Assembly (NCBI GenBank): GCA_023920165.1 | Contig: CP089275.1 | Coordinates: 806,001-870,000, forward strand | Source of the DNA: Curvularia clavata | Lineage: Eukaryota | Reading direction: 5' to 3' | Length of the DNA: 64,000 nucleotides | The notes under the pieces: generated by a model | What the model was told of the DNA's origin: nothing | What the model saw: only the letters and a program-made list of their open reading frames with translations | Database searches by the model: none | Position numbers and translations under genes: made by a program | Shown: positions 12,916 through 23,308 of the stretch, in pieces | How the letters are laid out: every line of letters begins with the position of its first letter | How positions within the stretch are numbered: position 1 is the first letter of the stretch

Positions 12916-13908
12916 ATGCGGGCGCGAAGCGGCTGGTATCTTTCCCCAGATTGTTTCAAGGTACTTCAGCGCTAACACTTCCCTTAGCAAAGCATGTCGC
13001 GAACGTCATATCAAATGTACGAAGTCAATGCTTCCTATTGACTAGTTAATTAAGCCCTTTAGGTGTAAAACTTCACAACTCTACGTGCCAATATTGCAGG
13101 CAAAAACAACTTAAATGCATTAGAGAAAATGCCTTCCGCTTTCGGCCCGTCACGGCAGTCAAGTTCAATTCTGGCGAAAACGGATCTTCTAAGCAGTCGT
13201 TAAAATTTCGTCAAAGTCAGACCTGGGTCCATATCCCTTCTGCATGTGCGTTGGCCATCTTGTAGACTTGATGAATGCTGATGGGAAGATCAAAGTACGA
13301 TTTGTAGATGATGCTATCATTGAGGACGAGGCTGAGCTCGCGACAACTTCAGACGATGAGACCTCAACAATTGAAAAGGAAGTCGATGACACGTACGAAC
13401 CGGGCAATTTGGGCGGAGCACCTGGTCTGGATCCTCACCAACCGAATTCGTTACAGACACTCCAAAGAACGGGCCCACACAGCGTGGAGTCCATCGTTGA
13501 CACAGACAGCACCCCAATGCAAGATACTTTGAACTCGTCCACTTCTTCGATTGAAAATGCAATCGCCGAGGACCTCAGTCATGCTCATGTATCTCCCCAG
13601 TTTGAGCGCACACATTCGACGAATCTTTTACAAGTATCAGTCAATTGGTCAGGCGGACCGCCATCTGATACGCACAACTTGCCCTCTCTGCCAGGAGCCA
13701 GTCCACATGATTTGGACCATACATCCTCTTTTTCTGGTATTGCATTCTCTCCAAATCCAGGGCGTACGGTGAGTTGGCCAGTGGACAACGCATACGAGGC
13801 TCGTCTGCTACATCATTTTATTGTTCATTGTACCAAGTGGGTGGATGTTTGCGACGGAAGGCATAGTTTCGAAAAAGAAGTGTACGTATCTGACCTCTTG
13901 ATTGGTGT

Positions 13909-13963
<55 letters not shown>

Positions 13964-14980
13964 CTCTAAATTCCAAACTGCAGGCCCAAGAGAGCAGCAC
14001 ATTTCCCAGTCATTCGCGATGGGCTATTCGGCCTCGCTGCCCGTCATCTATGGATCCTAGGCAAAGAGAAAGAAGACCTATCGCAACTGTACATCGATAG
14101 ATGCCTGAAAACACTCATTTTAGCCCTCGAAAATCCGCTCGCGCACTGGGACGAGAACTTCCTTGTAGCTGTTATCTTACTTAGACTTCACGAGGAGATT
14201 GGGGACGGCGACACTTTCTGCCACCATTTTGGTTCAGCACGTATTCTCAACAGCATATCTTCGTTTGCCGCCGATGGTGGTCTCCGCGAATCTGCCAGTT
14301 GGGTATCGCTCAGGCAGCACATTTATGTTTCTCTCACGACACAGCAACCACTCAATCTTAGCCTCGATAATTATAAGCACTCATCGGCTTTCCACGATTA
14401 CGAAGATGAAAGCTGGGCAAATCGAATTATATTCCAATTCGCGACAATCTTGCAGAATGTCTTCGAGGGCGACGTGAATTCGAACTTTCTCACACGGGAG
14501 AAGTGGAATGAACTAGATGCTGATACAGAAACCTGGTTCCACACCAAGCCCTGGCACTTTGTACCTTTACATTCGGACCCTGAGGCTGGAACCAAGTTTC
14601 AAGGATCATGGCCCAGTTTGCCAACAGCACAAGGAGTCATAGCTGTTGCTCTACAATATTATCATCTTTGCAAGATCATACTCACTATATATTCCTCCAA
14701 TGCCTCACTTGTAGGACTCGCCGGAGTCCGCGCCCGCAAAGCTACAGACGCAGCTATCCGCAGACATATACGGATCATAATCGGTTATGGGATTAGCAAT
14801 AAACACTGCTACAATGCTATGTTTCAAGGAAGTCATATCTTGAGTGCTTGCGGAGCCTACATCACAGACCGCGATGAACAGAATGCTTGTGTGGAGTACC
14901 TGAAAAGCTTACAAGCTCTGATTGGATGGAGGACGGACAAGGTAATCTTAGATTTACAAGAGCAGTGGGAGTATGTATAG
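12916..14980 (+). CDS. Zn(II)2Cys6 transcription factor with fungal-specific TF (Fungal_trans_2/ARCA-like) C-terminal domain
   Basis: Splicing two short introns gives MRARSGCKACRERHIKCVKLHNSTCQYCRQKQLKC. Later EARLLHHF...WVDVCD...F, AVILLRLHEE and GLRESASWVSLRQHIYVSL. Confidence 0.88.
13913..13960 (+). repeat. (AC)24 microsatellite inside an intron (13882-13983) of the Zn2Cys6 TF
   Basis: Perfect AC run read directly from the sequence. Confidence 0.97.
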
Positions 14981-15035
14981 CTATTCGTTGTGCTTTATGT
15001 CTCTTTTTTTTTGTAACAGCATTGTGACATTCGCC

Positions 15036-16685
15036 TCAATCATTTCCCACCAGCTTCCTTTCTCTTCGCCAAACCTTGACTGGCATCTCCCTCAGTAACC
15101 AGTTCATCGTTTCTTCCCTTTCGATCTCCCAATCCAGCCTACAAAGCGCAAACCTATACCTTCTCAATACACTAGCCAATACAACCGTCTGCTCCAGGTA
15201 ACTGATATTTCTTCCGATGCACCCTCTACTCCCTGCAGAAAAGGACAAGAAGTATGGCTGAAGTGCTTTACCCTCCTCGCCCAGCCATCGCTCTGGTATA
15301 TACTTGTCTGCTTGAGGGAAGAGAGATTCCTGCCTGTGCGCCACGAAGGCTGACATGGCGACAGAGACACCCCCAGGGATGTAGTCGCCAAGGATGGAGA
15401 TTCCCGAAGGAGGAGTTTCGCGCGGAAGGCCATGAGGGGTAGGTGGAAAGAGACGCAGAGATTCATCGAGACACGCACGGAGGTAGGGGAGGTGTTTTAC
15501 TTTGTCGTATGCTACTACACCACTTCCCTTGTTGTCTTCCTCGTCTTCAAGTGCAACGTCGATTTCCTCTACTAATTTTTTCATCGTCGAGGGGTTTTTG
15601 AGGAGTTGGTACAGTACGTTTGTCATGGCTATGGCCGTTGTGACTGACCCTGCGTTGAGCATTATACTCATTTCCGCCACGATCTCGCCCCATTCAAGAT
15701 TATTCGGATGTCCATTCTTATCTTCCATAAGCGCTTGGAAAAAATCGTCTAGTTTCTCCCCTGCCTGGTACCGCTGGAGGCGACGACGAGCGAGTTCTAT
15801 GGGAATTCCATCCCAGTCCTGCGCGCACTTACCCATGCGTCCATAAAAAGGTATGATATTCGCAATCCTGTTGATAATTGGATACCACTCATACGACCAT
15901 ATGAGAAGGGACTGCTTCCGTGCATTCTGGTACAACGACTCGCGCAGACTACATTCGTATGTTGATCCGTCGAGCCTGCGGCCGGTTATCCAGTCTTGTC
16001 CATTGTCAAGAAATCCCAGTTTCTCCGAAAGTCCAATGTCGGCGATAGCATCGAGGGTAAAGTAATTTGTCCATTCGCGATAATCGAGATTGACGTCTTT
16101 GGGATGTACGCATTCTCCTTGCTTCAGAGGTTCCGTACAGCACGTATCCATATGCTGCAACAGCTTCTCTGTCTTATCAGCAACCTTGTGCTCCCAGCCT
16201 TCCAGATTTTTCAGCGCATAAGCTGAACTTAACATCTTCCGCTTGCGTGCGTGGTCGTGCTTATCTACCACGTCGGCGAGATGGTAGTGCGATCCAGAGG
16301 TAATCACGTACGAGCGATCTTTCGTACACGGTGAATTATGGCCATAGATATCTTTGATAGCCTGAAGGTTACCATAAGACAAAGAATTCGGGCCTGTGCG
16401 GATTACTGGGTGGGTTCGGTGCAGTTTTGAAAGATAGGTGGAACGGGCTCCGCTATGGGCAAGAATCATGAACGGGAGATTGGATATGCCAGAGAAGGGG
16501 TGCATGTTGGGATAGCGACGAAGGCCTGTGATATTGAGTATTGAATTGTATTTGATTTTGGGCGTTGAATTGGAGTTACCATTAACGTCGCGGAAGTAGA
16601 TGACAATGGGGTATATTATGAAGTATACGACGAGCAGTACTATGAGTGCTGCTGCGTAGGGTAGGGAGGTGGCTGTTGATGCCAT
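15036..16685 (-). CDS. Cytochrome P450 monooxygenase (benzoate-4-monooxygenase-like clan; possibly CYP630-like)
   Basis: N-terminal TM anchor. AGSVTT I-helix, ESLR (ExxR), PERW, and FSAGSRGCIG heme motif. In-frame 54-nt intron at 16579-16526. Confidence 0.95.
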   Translation of the reverse strand: MASTATSLPYAAALIVLLVVYFIIYPIVIYFRDVNGNSNSTPKIKYNSILNITGLRRYPNMHPFSGISNLPFMILAHSGARSTYLSKLHRTHPVIRTGPNSLSYGNLQAIKDIYGHNSPCTKDRSYVITSGSHYHLADVVDKHDHARKRKMLSSAYALKNLEGWEHKVADKTEKLLQHMDTCCTEPLKQGECVHPKDVNLDYREWTNYFTLDAIADIGLSEKLGFLDNGQDWITGRRLDGSTYECSLRESLYQNARKQSLLIWSYEWYPIINRIANIIPFYGRMGKCAQDWDGIPIELARRRLQRYQAGEKLDDFFQALMEDKNGHPNNLEWGEIVAEMSIMLNAGSVTTAIAMTNVLYQLLKNPSTMKKLVEEIDVALEDEEDNKGSGVVAYDKVKHLPYLRACLDESLRLFPPTPHGLPRETPPSGISILGDYIPGGVSVAMSAFVAHRQESLFPQADKYIPERWLGEEGKALQPYFLSFSAGSRGCIGRNISYLEQTVVLASVLRRYRFALCRLDWEIEREETMNWLLREMPVKVWRRERKLVGND

Positions 16686-17325
16686 GATGGAGAGAAAGAA
16701 CCGTGCGATTCTCCCTTTTAGAATGTAAGGATTTGCGGTCAATACAAGAAAATCAATCGTGTCTGAGATGAGTCGCTGAACCAAAGTGCTTTAATACATC
16801 GCAGTAACTTCGTCCAACTGCTTCATAAACCCTGATCTTTGGATACCGAACCCAGCGTACTGTGCGCCGAGATTGGAAGCCTGATCATCGTATTCAGGCT
16901 GGGATGGAACATCTGGGAAAATTCGGAGAATATTTCCACGTTGGGAAGACAGAGCGGAGACGGACCTAGTAGTTTTGTTATCTAAGCGAGACTTGGCATA
17001 TGCATCTGTGCATGGGAGAGTCCAAGTCCTATTTCTAGCTATCAAAGTGCTAAAGACTCTTTTTAGAAGTGTTCAGCGTGGATCTAATATTCCGTATCAA
17101 GATGAAGTGCAACCGAGGCTGGCAGGATGTTCCGAGTATTCAAGAAAATGCATCTAAAACGCAAGAAGTAAAGCCTGCGTGCATACGTTCACAAAGCTAT
17201 CGTATTTCCTGTAAATCCATTTTACAGTGTTGGACTATAAGAGCTCATTTTAAAGGCTGCTCCCACTATTCTCCAGAGGGCTGGACAGATATCAGGCCCA
17301 CCTCCAGACGAGACTCTCTACTGTC

Positions 17326-19440
17326 ATGGATTGTAACAACATTCTAGTCCCCTTCTTCGAGCTACATTCGGCTTTTCAGAAATTCGGTATTCTCGAAACT
17401 CTGAGTCCAGCCTCTGCAGCTGATACAGTAGCTGTCCTACTATTCCTCCTCTCTGCCTGGGGCTACTTCACACACGGCCGCATCTGGGACAAGCCTGACC
17501 CTCACTACAAGCTTTATTTCGAACGACCACAAATCCTGGAAAGTGTTTCAGGCAACAAAAATGCAGTAAATCGAAATGTCGCGAAACAGCTCCAAGAGGA
17601 AAACTACCAACTCGTCATTTTCTGGGGCTCACAGTCCGGCACTGCGGAACGGTTCGCTGAGATCCTGAGACGAGAGTGCTTGGCGCACTTTGGTGTCAAT
17701 GCTTTGGTTGCTGATCTCTCCGAATACGATGCGGACTCAATTGCGGAAATTGATGAAACTCGTTTTACCATCTTCATCCTGAGCACCTATGGCGAAGGCG
17801 ATCCCAGCGACAATGCTTCGGGCCTGTGGGCTTGGGTTAAGCAGGTTAAAGCTCAAGGTACGATGTTGCAAAACCTGAGGTATCTGGCTCTCGGCCTGGG
17901 TAACTCTAACTACAAATACTACAACCGCGTTCTCGACGTAGTTGTTGAAGCGCTCGATGATGCCGGCGCCACAACGCTCATGCCGCCAAAGAAGGCTGAC
18001 GACGCCCTGGGTGAAACTGAGGAAGATTTTCAGTCTTGGAAAGATGATGTATTTGCTTTGTTCCGTGGAATGGGTTACGAGACGAGGACAATGGCTTATC
18101 AACCAACACTTAACGTTGAGCTTGGGAACCACACCGATGAGGAAACTGACGCGCGAGTCTTCCTTCATCATCAGCAGTCGATGACAAATTCTGCCATTTT
18201 TTCAGTTCCAATCCGAAAGTCTCGGGAGCTCTTCACGGCCGGTAATAGGAACTGTATTCATATGGAACTAGATCTTGGAAGTAATAACGTTGTGTACAAG
18301 ACCGGAGATCATATTGGCATCTGGCCTTGCAACCCCGATGATGAGGTTGAGTGCCTTCTCAAGGCTTTGGGTCTTGAACAACGCCAAAACCAAACTCTTA
18401 ACGTCACTGCCATTGACGACTCCGTCAGACCGAAAGTTCCATCGGGAAGCACACTTGCATCTGTACTGAGATATCATCTTGAGATTTGCGCTCCCGTTTC
18501 CCGCAAGACAATTCTGGACCTCTCTCAATTTGCACCAACCACCACAGCAAAAGCGATGCTTGCAGAAGTTGGCCAAAATCGCGACTGCTACACACAACTT
18601 GCATCTTCGACCTATATTACCCTAGGTAGACTCCTAACCCTCGCTTGTCCAACTGAACCATGGACCTTACTCCCACTCTCCTTCGTTATCGAAAGCCTGA
18701 GATGTCTCTCACCACGCTACTACTCAATCTCCTCGAGCTCCGTCATCTCCCCACGTCGCATCACCATCACCGTTCTCGTCGTCAATAAAACCATCAAATC
18801 AGATCCCCAAACTACAATCCACGGCCTCACGTCAAACTATATTCTTTCAGCCTCCAAGCTCAGCTCGAATGCTTCTACTCCCACACCACATTTTCAACAC
18901 GCTCTCTCCACTGCATTTGAAGCCCGTAAAATATATGTCCATGTCCGAAAATCGAAGTTTAAACTCCCAATCACTCCATCCACGCCACTCGTTCTTATAG
19001 CTGCGGGAACAGGCTTTGCACCCTTTCGTGCGTTTCTTTCTGAGCGGGCAAAATTGCACATGCTTGGCAACAAAGTCGGTCGCATTGTGCTCTTTTTTGG
19101 CTGCCGTCACCCTGATTCCGACTACATCTACCAAGAAGAGCTCATCAAACTACAAGAGAATTTGGGCAATAAATTGGAAATAGTAACAGCCTTTTCCAGG
19201 CAGGGAGAGACCAGAGTTTATGTACAGGATAGAGTTGCAGAGCATGCGGCTCAAGTGTTGGAGATGTTGGATATTGGGGCTAATATATACGTTTGCGGAA
19301 AGTCGGCAATGTCAAGGGAGGTAGATAGAAAAATCGAGGAGGCTGTGGAGAGGTGTAAGGGGTTGAAGGATGGGGAAGGTAAGGAGTGGGTCAATGGGTT
19401 GAAGAGGAGGGGTAAGTGGAAGGCTGATGTTTGGGGATGA
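17326..19440 (+). CDS. NADPH-cytochrome P450 reductase (secondary, CPR2-type paralog), intronless
   Basis: FMN motifs GSQSGTAE, STYGEGDP and GLGNSNY; FAD motif PRYYSISSS; NADPH motifs AAGTGFAPF, FFGCR and YVCG; C-terminal DVWG. Confidence 0.96.
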   Translation: MDCNNILVPFFELHSAFQKFGILETLSPASAADTVAVLLFLLSAWGYFTHGRIWDKPDPHYKLYFERPQILESVSGNKNAVNRNVAKQLQEENYQLVIFWGSQSGTAERFAEILRRECLAHFGVNALVADLSEYDADSIAEIDETRFTIFILSTYGEGDPSDNASGLWAWVKQVKAQGTMLQNLRYLALGLGNSNYKYYNRVLDVVVEALDDAGATTLMPPKKADDALGETEEDFQSWKDDVFALFRGMGYETRTMAYQPTLNVELGNHTDEETDARVFLHHQQSMTNSAIFSVPIRKSRELFTAGNRNCIHMELDLGSNNVVYKTGDHIGIWPCNPDDEVECLLKALGLEQRQNQTLNVTAIDDSVRPKVPSGSTLASVLRYHLEICAPVSRKTILDLSQFAPTTTAKAMLAEVGQNRDCYTQLASSTYITLGRLLTLACPTEPWTLLPLSFVIESLRCLSPRYYSISSSSVISPRRITITVLVVNKTIKSDPQTTIHGLTSNYILSASKLSSNASTPTPHFQHALSTAFEARKIYVHVRKSKFKLPITPSTPLVLIAAGTGFAPFRAFLSERAKLHMLGNKVGRIVLFFGCRHPDSDYIYQEELIKLQENLGNKLEIVTAFSRQGETRVYVQDRVAEHAAQVLEMLDIGANIYVCGKSAMSREVDRKIEEAVERCKGLKDGEGKEWVNGLKRRGKWKADVWG

Positions 19441-20002
19441 TTGGGGAGGATTCTTTTCTTTAAGAGTCCTGGGGGAAGGTGTCTTGTACTCATCTGCGCT
19501 GTTGATTTGCTTTTCGATGGAACATGATATGGAGCTGACTCTTATCTAATTGTACCTTTTTTCGTTGATAGAAGTGTAAAGTCTCCGTTGCAGAGTAAAA
19601 CTTCCACGAAATGTAAAGTATTCGAGCTCACTTCAGGAGCCCATAGGTATCGATATTGTGACTCATTACGGACATGGTTAATTGAATTCGTTCCATCAGT
19701 GACGAAGTCTGAGCTCTTGCTTCGTAGAGTAGTTGTTCTGTACGTTTCGCTGCCGCTCTTTAAAAGCTGCACACTTGTCTAGAAGATACAGCTCAAATCT
19801 CTCTTCATCCATGTGCCACCTATTCCAACGTAACATTGTTCAATACGTTTATCTATTATCTTCTTAACTTGTTGAATCAATGAGTTGTGTGAGCTCAAGT
19901 TTTGTGGGCTGGCCTATCGGTTTGTCGGCGCCATGATGAAAATCTAGACGAAACTAAAAATCACATAATAGGCCTAGCGATAAACCCCAACTCTTTTAGA
20001 AC

Positions 20003-20424
20003 GCGGAGACTATTTCCTCTTCGAGACAAGATTGTTCCGGCCTATTCTGGAAATTTTTGTAGTCAGGGCAATCAACTCCGTCTTAATCCTAACGTGCTGT
20101 AATACTGTTCCGAGGTGTATTCTCCTTTCCAGTCTTCGGCCAATCTTGACTACTGACCCCCGCTTTTTTCTGGATTTTATTATGCCTCATGCTCTGCCAT
20201 GGTGTTGTACCTTGTCCCATCCCTCCGGTAACGAATTCCGGGGCCCCGCGTTTGGGTGTTCATCCCATTTGTAGCTACATCATCTGTACCCACTTAGCGT
20301 CACCTAACCCGCCAAGTCTTGCGGAGAAGTGATTTTCCTTTTGTGAAGCCCAAAGCATAGTCCTATCGCGGCAACATTCCAAGGCCTGGAAACTCTGGGC
20401 TTTTCTGCACGAAAAGATTATAAA
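20003..20424 (+). promoter_or_regulatory. Cluster of CreA/Mig1-type SYGGRG sites and a TATA box upstream of the sugar porter
   Basis: SYGGRG matches at 20003 (+), 20158 (-), 20223 (-), 20238 (+), 20244 (-) and 20321 (+). TATAAA at 20419. Confidence 0.45.
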
Positions 20425-20500
20425 TAGGATGCGCTTCTCTTCGGTTTGTTGTTAAGCTTCGATCATTTTTTTTTGGTTTCATTGTCTACATTGCACAAAC

Positions 20501-22223
20501 ATGTCGTATGACACCAAGTCCATGGAGAAAGGTATCAAACCTGATGTTGGTTCTGAGAAGATCGAGAGGATTGAAACCGTTGAGAGACATGCCGCTCAGC
20601 AACTGGAGCTTTCTGGGATTGAGACCATGGCTGCTTCCAAGGCAGCGTGGCTGATGTCTGTTGTTGTGTCTCTTGGAGGTCTTCTCTTTGGTGTGTAAAA
20701 CGGAGCTTCTTGTCCAGCTCTTTTGTAGCCGCTAATTAGACCCCTAGGCTACGATACTGGTTATATCTCCAGCGTCCTCGTCACAATTGGAACATCCCTT
20801 GGCCACAAACTCAGTTCCTCAGAACAAGAACTTGTCACTTCACTTACCTCTGGTGGCGCACTTGTCGGAGCAGTCTTTGCCGGCTTGACGGCTGACCGAT
20901 TCGGCCGCAAAGCGCCCATCTGGAGCGCCTGCGCTGTCTTCGTGCTCGGTACCCTTCTACAAACCGCTGCATTCCATGTACCGCAGTTTGCCATTGGACG
21001 TTTTGTCGTTGGTCTAGGTGTAGGCTCTGCAGCCATGATTTGCCCCCTCTTCATTTCCGAGTTGGCTCCAGCTCGACTCCGTGGCAGAATGATTGCTATG
21101 AATAACATGAGTGTGACTTTTGGACAGTTCCTTGCCTCAGGGCTGGGGGCGGGGTTTGCTCAGGTCAAGGGTGAGGCATGGCGCGCAACCGTTGGTATCG
21201 GTGCTGCTCCAGCTATACTCCTTGCCATTCTTCTCATCTTTTGTCCCGAATCACCTCGACAGCTCGTTGCGCATGGCAAGACTGATGAAGCGGATAAAGT
21301 CCTCGCGCGCATCTATCCCACTTCGAATAGAGAGCAGCGCCATGCCAAGATCCGTAGCATTGAAATGAGCATCCAAGAAGCTACTCAGACTATGGTGGAG
21401 GATTCTCTCTGGAAAACCTTTGTCCGGATTTTCACCACTCCTGCTACATTACGTGCTGTGGCTACCGCATGCACCATAATGGCCATCTCACAGCTTTCCG
21501 GATTTAATACTTTGTAAGTATTCCACTTATCTATTATTTTTATATAAACACTTCTGACTCTGCAGAATGTACTACTCAGCCACACTCTTCAAGATAGTAG
21601 GATTCAACAATGCTACCGCCGTAGCTATCACCGTTTCAGCTACCAACTTTATATTCAGCTTTGTCAATCTTGCCCTTGTAGACATGTTCGGTCGCCGCAA
21701 GATTCTCCTCGTCACCGTTGCAGGCATGTTCATCTGCCTCCTCATCGCCGCTATCTCCTTCCACTACATCCCCATTGACACGCATACACTAGAGGTGCAG
21801 TCAGAAGAGGTTGGCTGGCCAGGCTATCTCTTAATCGCCATTATCATTCTCTTTGTCGGCTTTTATAGTTCCGGTGTAGCTACCATTGCCTGGATCTGCA
21901 CCGAGCTCATCCCTATGGAAGTTCGTGCTGTCGGGACTATGCTTAACACTGTTACTTGTTGGTCGGCAAATATCGTTATTGCTTCAACATTTCTCTCTAT
22001 GATGAAGGGGATTACGCCGTCTGGTGCTTTTGGATTTTACTCTGCCATCGTCTTTCTTGGATGGGTGTTCATTGTTTTCTGCTTTCCAGAATGCAAGGGC
22101 ATGCCTCTTGAGGCTGTGCGTGAAGTCTTTGCTGATGGCTTCGGTGTCAAGTATGCGAACAAGTGGCAGAAGGAGAACAAGGAGTTTGCAAAGCTCAATA
22201 CGCAACAGAGCTTTGCTCATTAG
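20501..22223 (+). CDS. MFS sugar porter (myo-inositol transporter-like), 3 exons
   Basis: GGLLFGYDTG across intron 1, ADRFGRK, ISELAPARLRG, PESPR, SQLSGFNTLMYYS across intron 2, DMFGRR, and PECKG. Confidence 0.95.
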
Positions 22224-22599
22224 GTAGTGGAAGGTTATCAAGCCATTGCTGTTTCTGTCACGATTGGAGGATAACCCACGGCACTAGCGCTGGGAATATT
22301 TAAAGTCCACTGAAGTTTTACTGTTGCAAACTTGTTCAGCTTCAACGCCAATGTATAGCGAATCGGTCAGTAGAGCAAAGTGGTTACTATGCCAAGACCT
22401 CACTTAATTCACCACTGTTATAGCTAAGCTGGTAAATAGGGCTTGCATCAATTGCTGCGAGACATGGCGGACGTAGGGAGATTCTTCTGAGATCCATGCT
22501 CATGTACTGATAGCGGCAGCTGCCACATTCCTCGATGGCTATGAAAAGCTCTACTTTCCACACTAGTCATCATCTCAGCTGTGGTATATTCTACCATGC

Positions 22600-22924
22600 C
22601 ATATACATACTCTAGTATTTTTTTCATTAGAGTCTCCACTCCGCTTTCATTGTATACGCCGTCTACAGCCTCATGGTAATATTTATGCTTTGAACAATTA
22701 CCAGGTGGGAACACTTTCTGGAGGACACAGTTGAATGTGAGGGTCCCCAAAAAACTACTAAACCTGTAAGGCCACGTTGCTCGACAAGAATATTCATCTA
22801 GGCTGGAATCACGAATCTGGTCTTCAGCATTGCCAAGAGCGTTTATAATAAGCTGAACCTTTTCAGCAAATTTTTGAAAGGCAAGTGGAAGGTTTTTAGC
22901 ATTTTCGTAGTTGATGCAAAACAT
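22600..22924 (-). pseudogene. Degenerate SesA (NACHT_N)-like domain remnant
   Basis: NLPLAFQKFAEKVQLIINALGNAE...LDEYSC...LQKVFPPG...YYHEAV...GVETLMKKILEYV follows the SesA pattern (LPxAF..V..RLPL....L; KV.P....RY..AV......VE.LMK.IL..V). No NACHT is visible downstream. Confidence 0.5.
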
Positions 22925-23308
22925 TCTGAGATCACTAAGGGTGCAGGTTCTATCGTGGATTGAGCCAGGCAGTTCGTATCTCGGTTATCTCTGGTTCGTG
23001 AATGAGCTCAGAGATAGTAAATGCATCAGTAGAAGCCTTGGTAACAGCATTGGCGTTACTAATAATAGAGTTTTAGCGTAGCAGCAATTACATTACTCAA
23101 AGACGTATAGTAATCTACCTACTAACGGACCTCGAGGAAGACTTTTTAACCACTGTACGTTAGCATCAAGGATGGGAATCCTCTTGCCTTTTACTTGTAA
23201 AGCTTTACTGCTTAGTGTCTTCACCTTGACCCGTTTGTGGTGACGAGCAAATGGTATACTTGTTTCGATGAAACTGCAAGTGTGGAGAATGCTACCTAAA
23301 CTCCCTCT

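Noticed and set aside
13244..13963. Poly-(Thr-His) tail in the ORF track
   Set aside because: It is the translation of an intronic (AC)n microsatellite, not a metal-binding tail.
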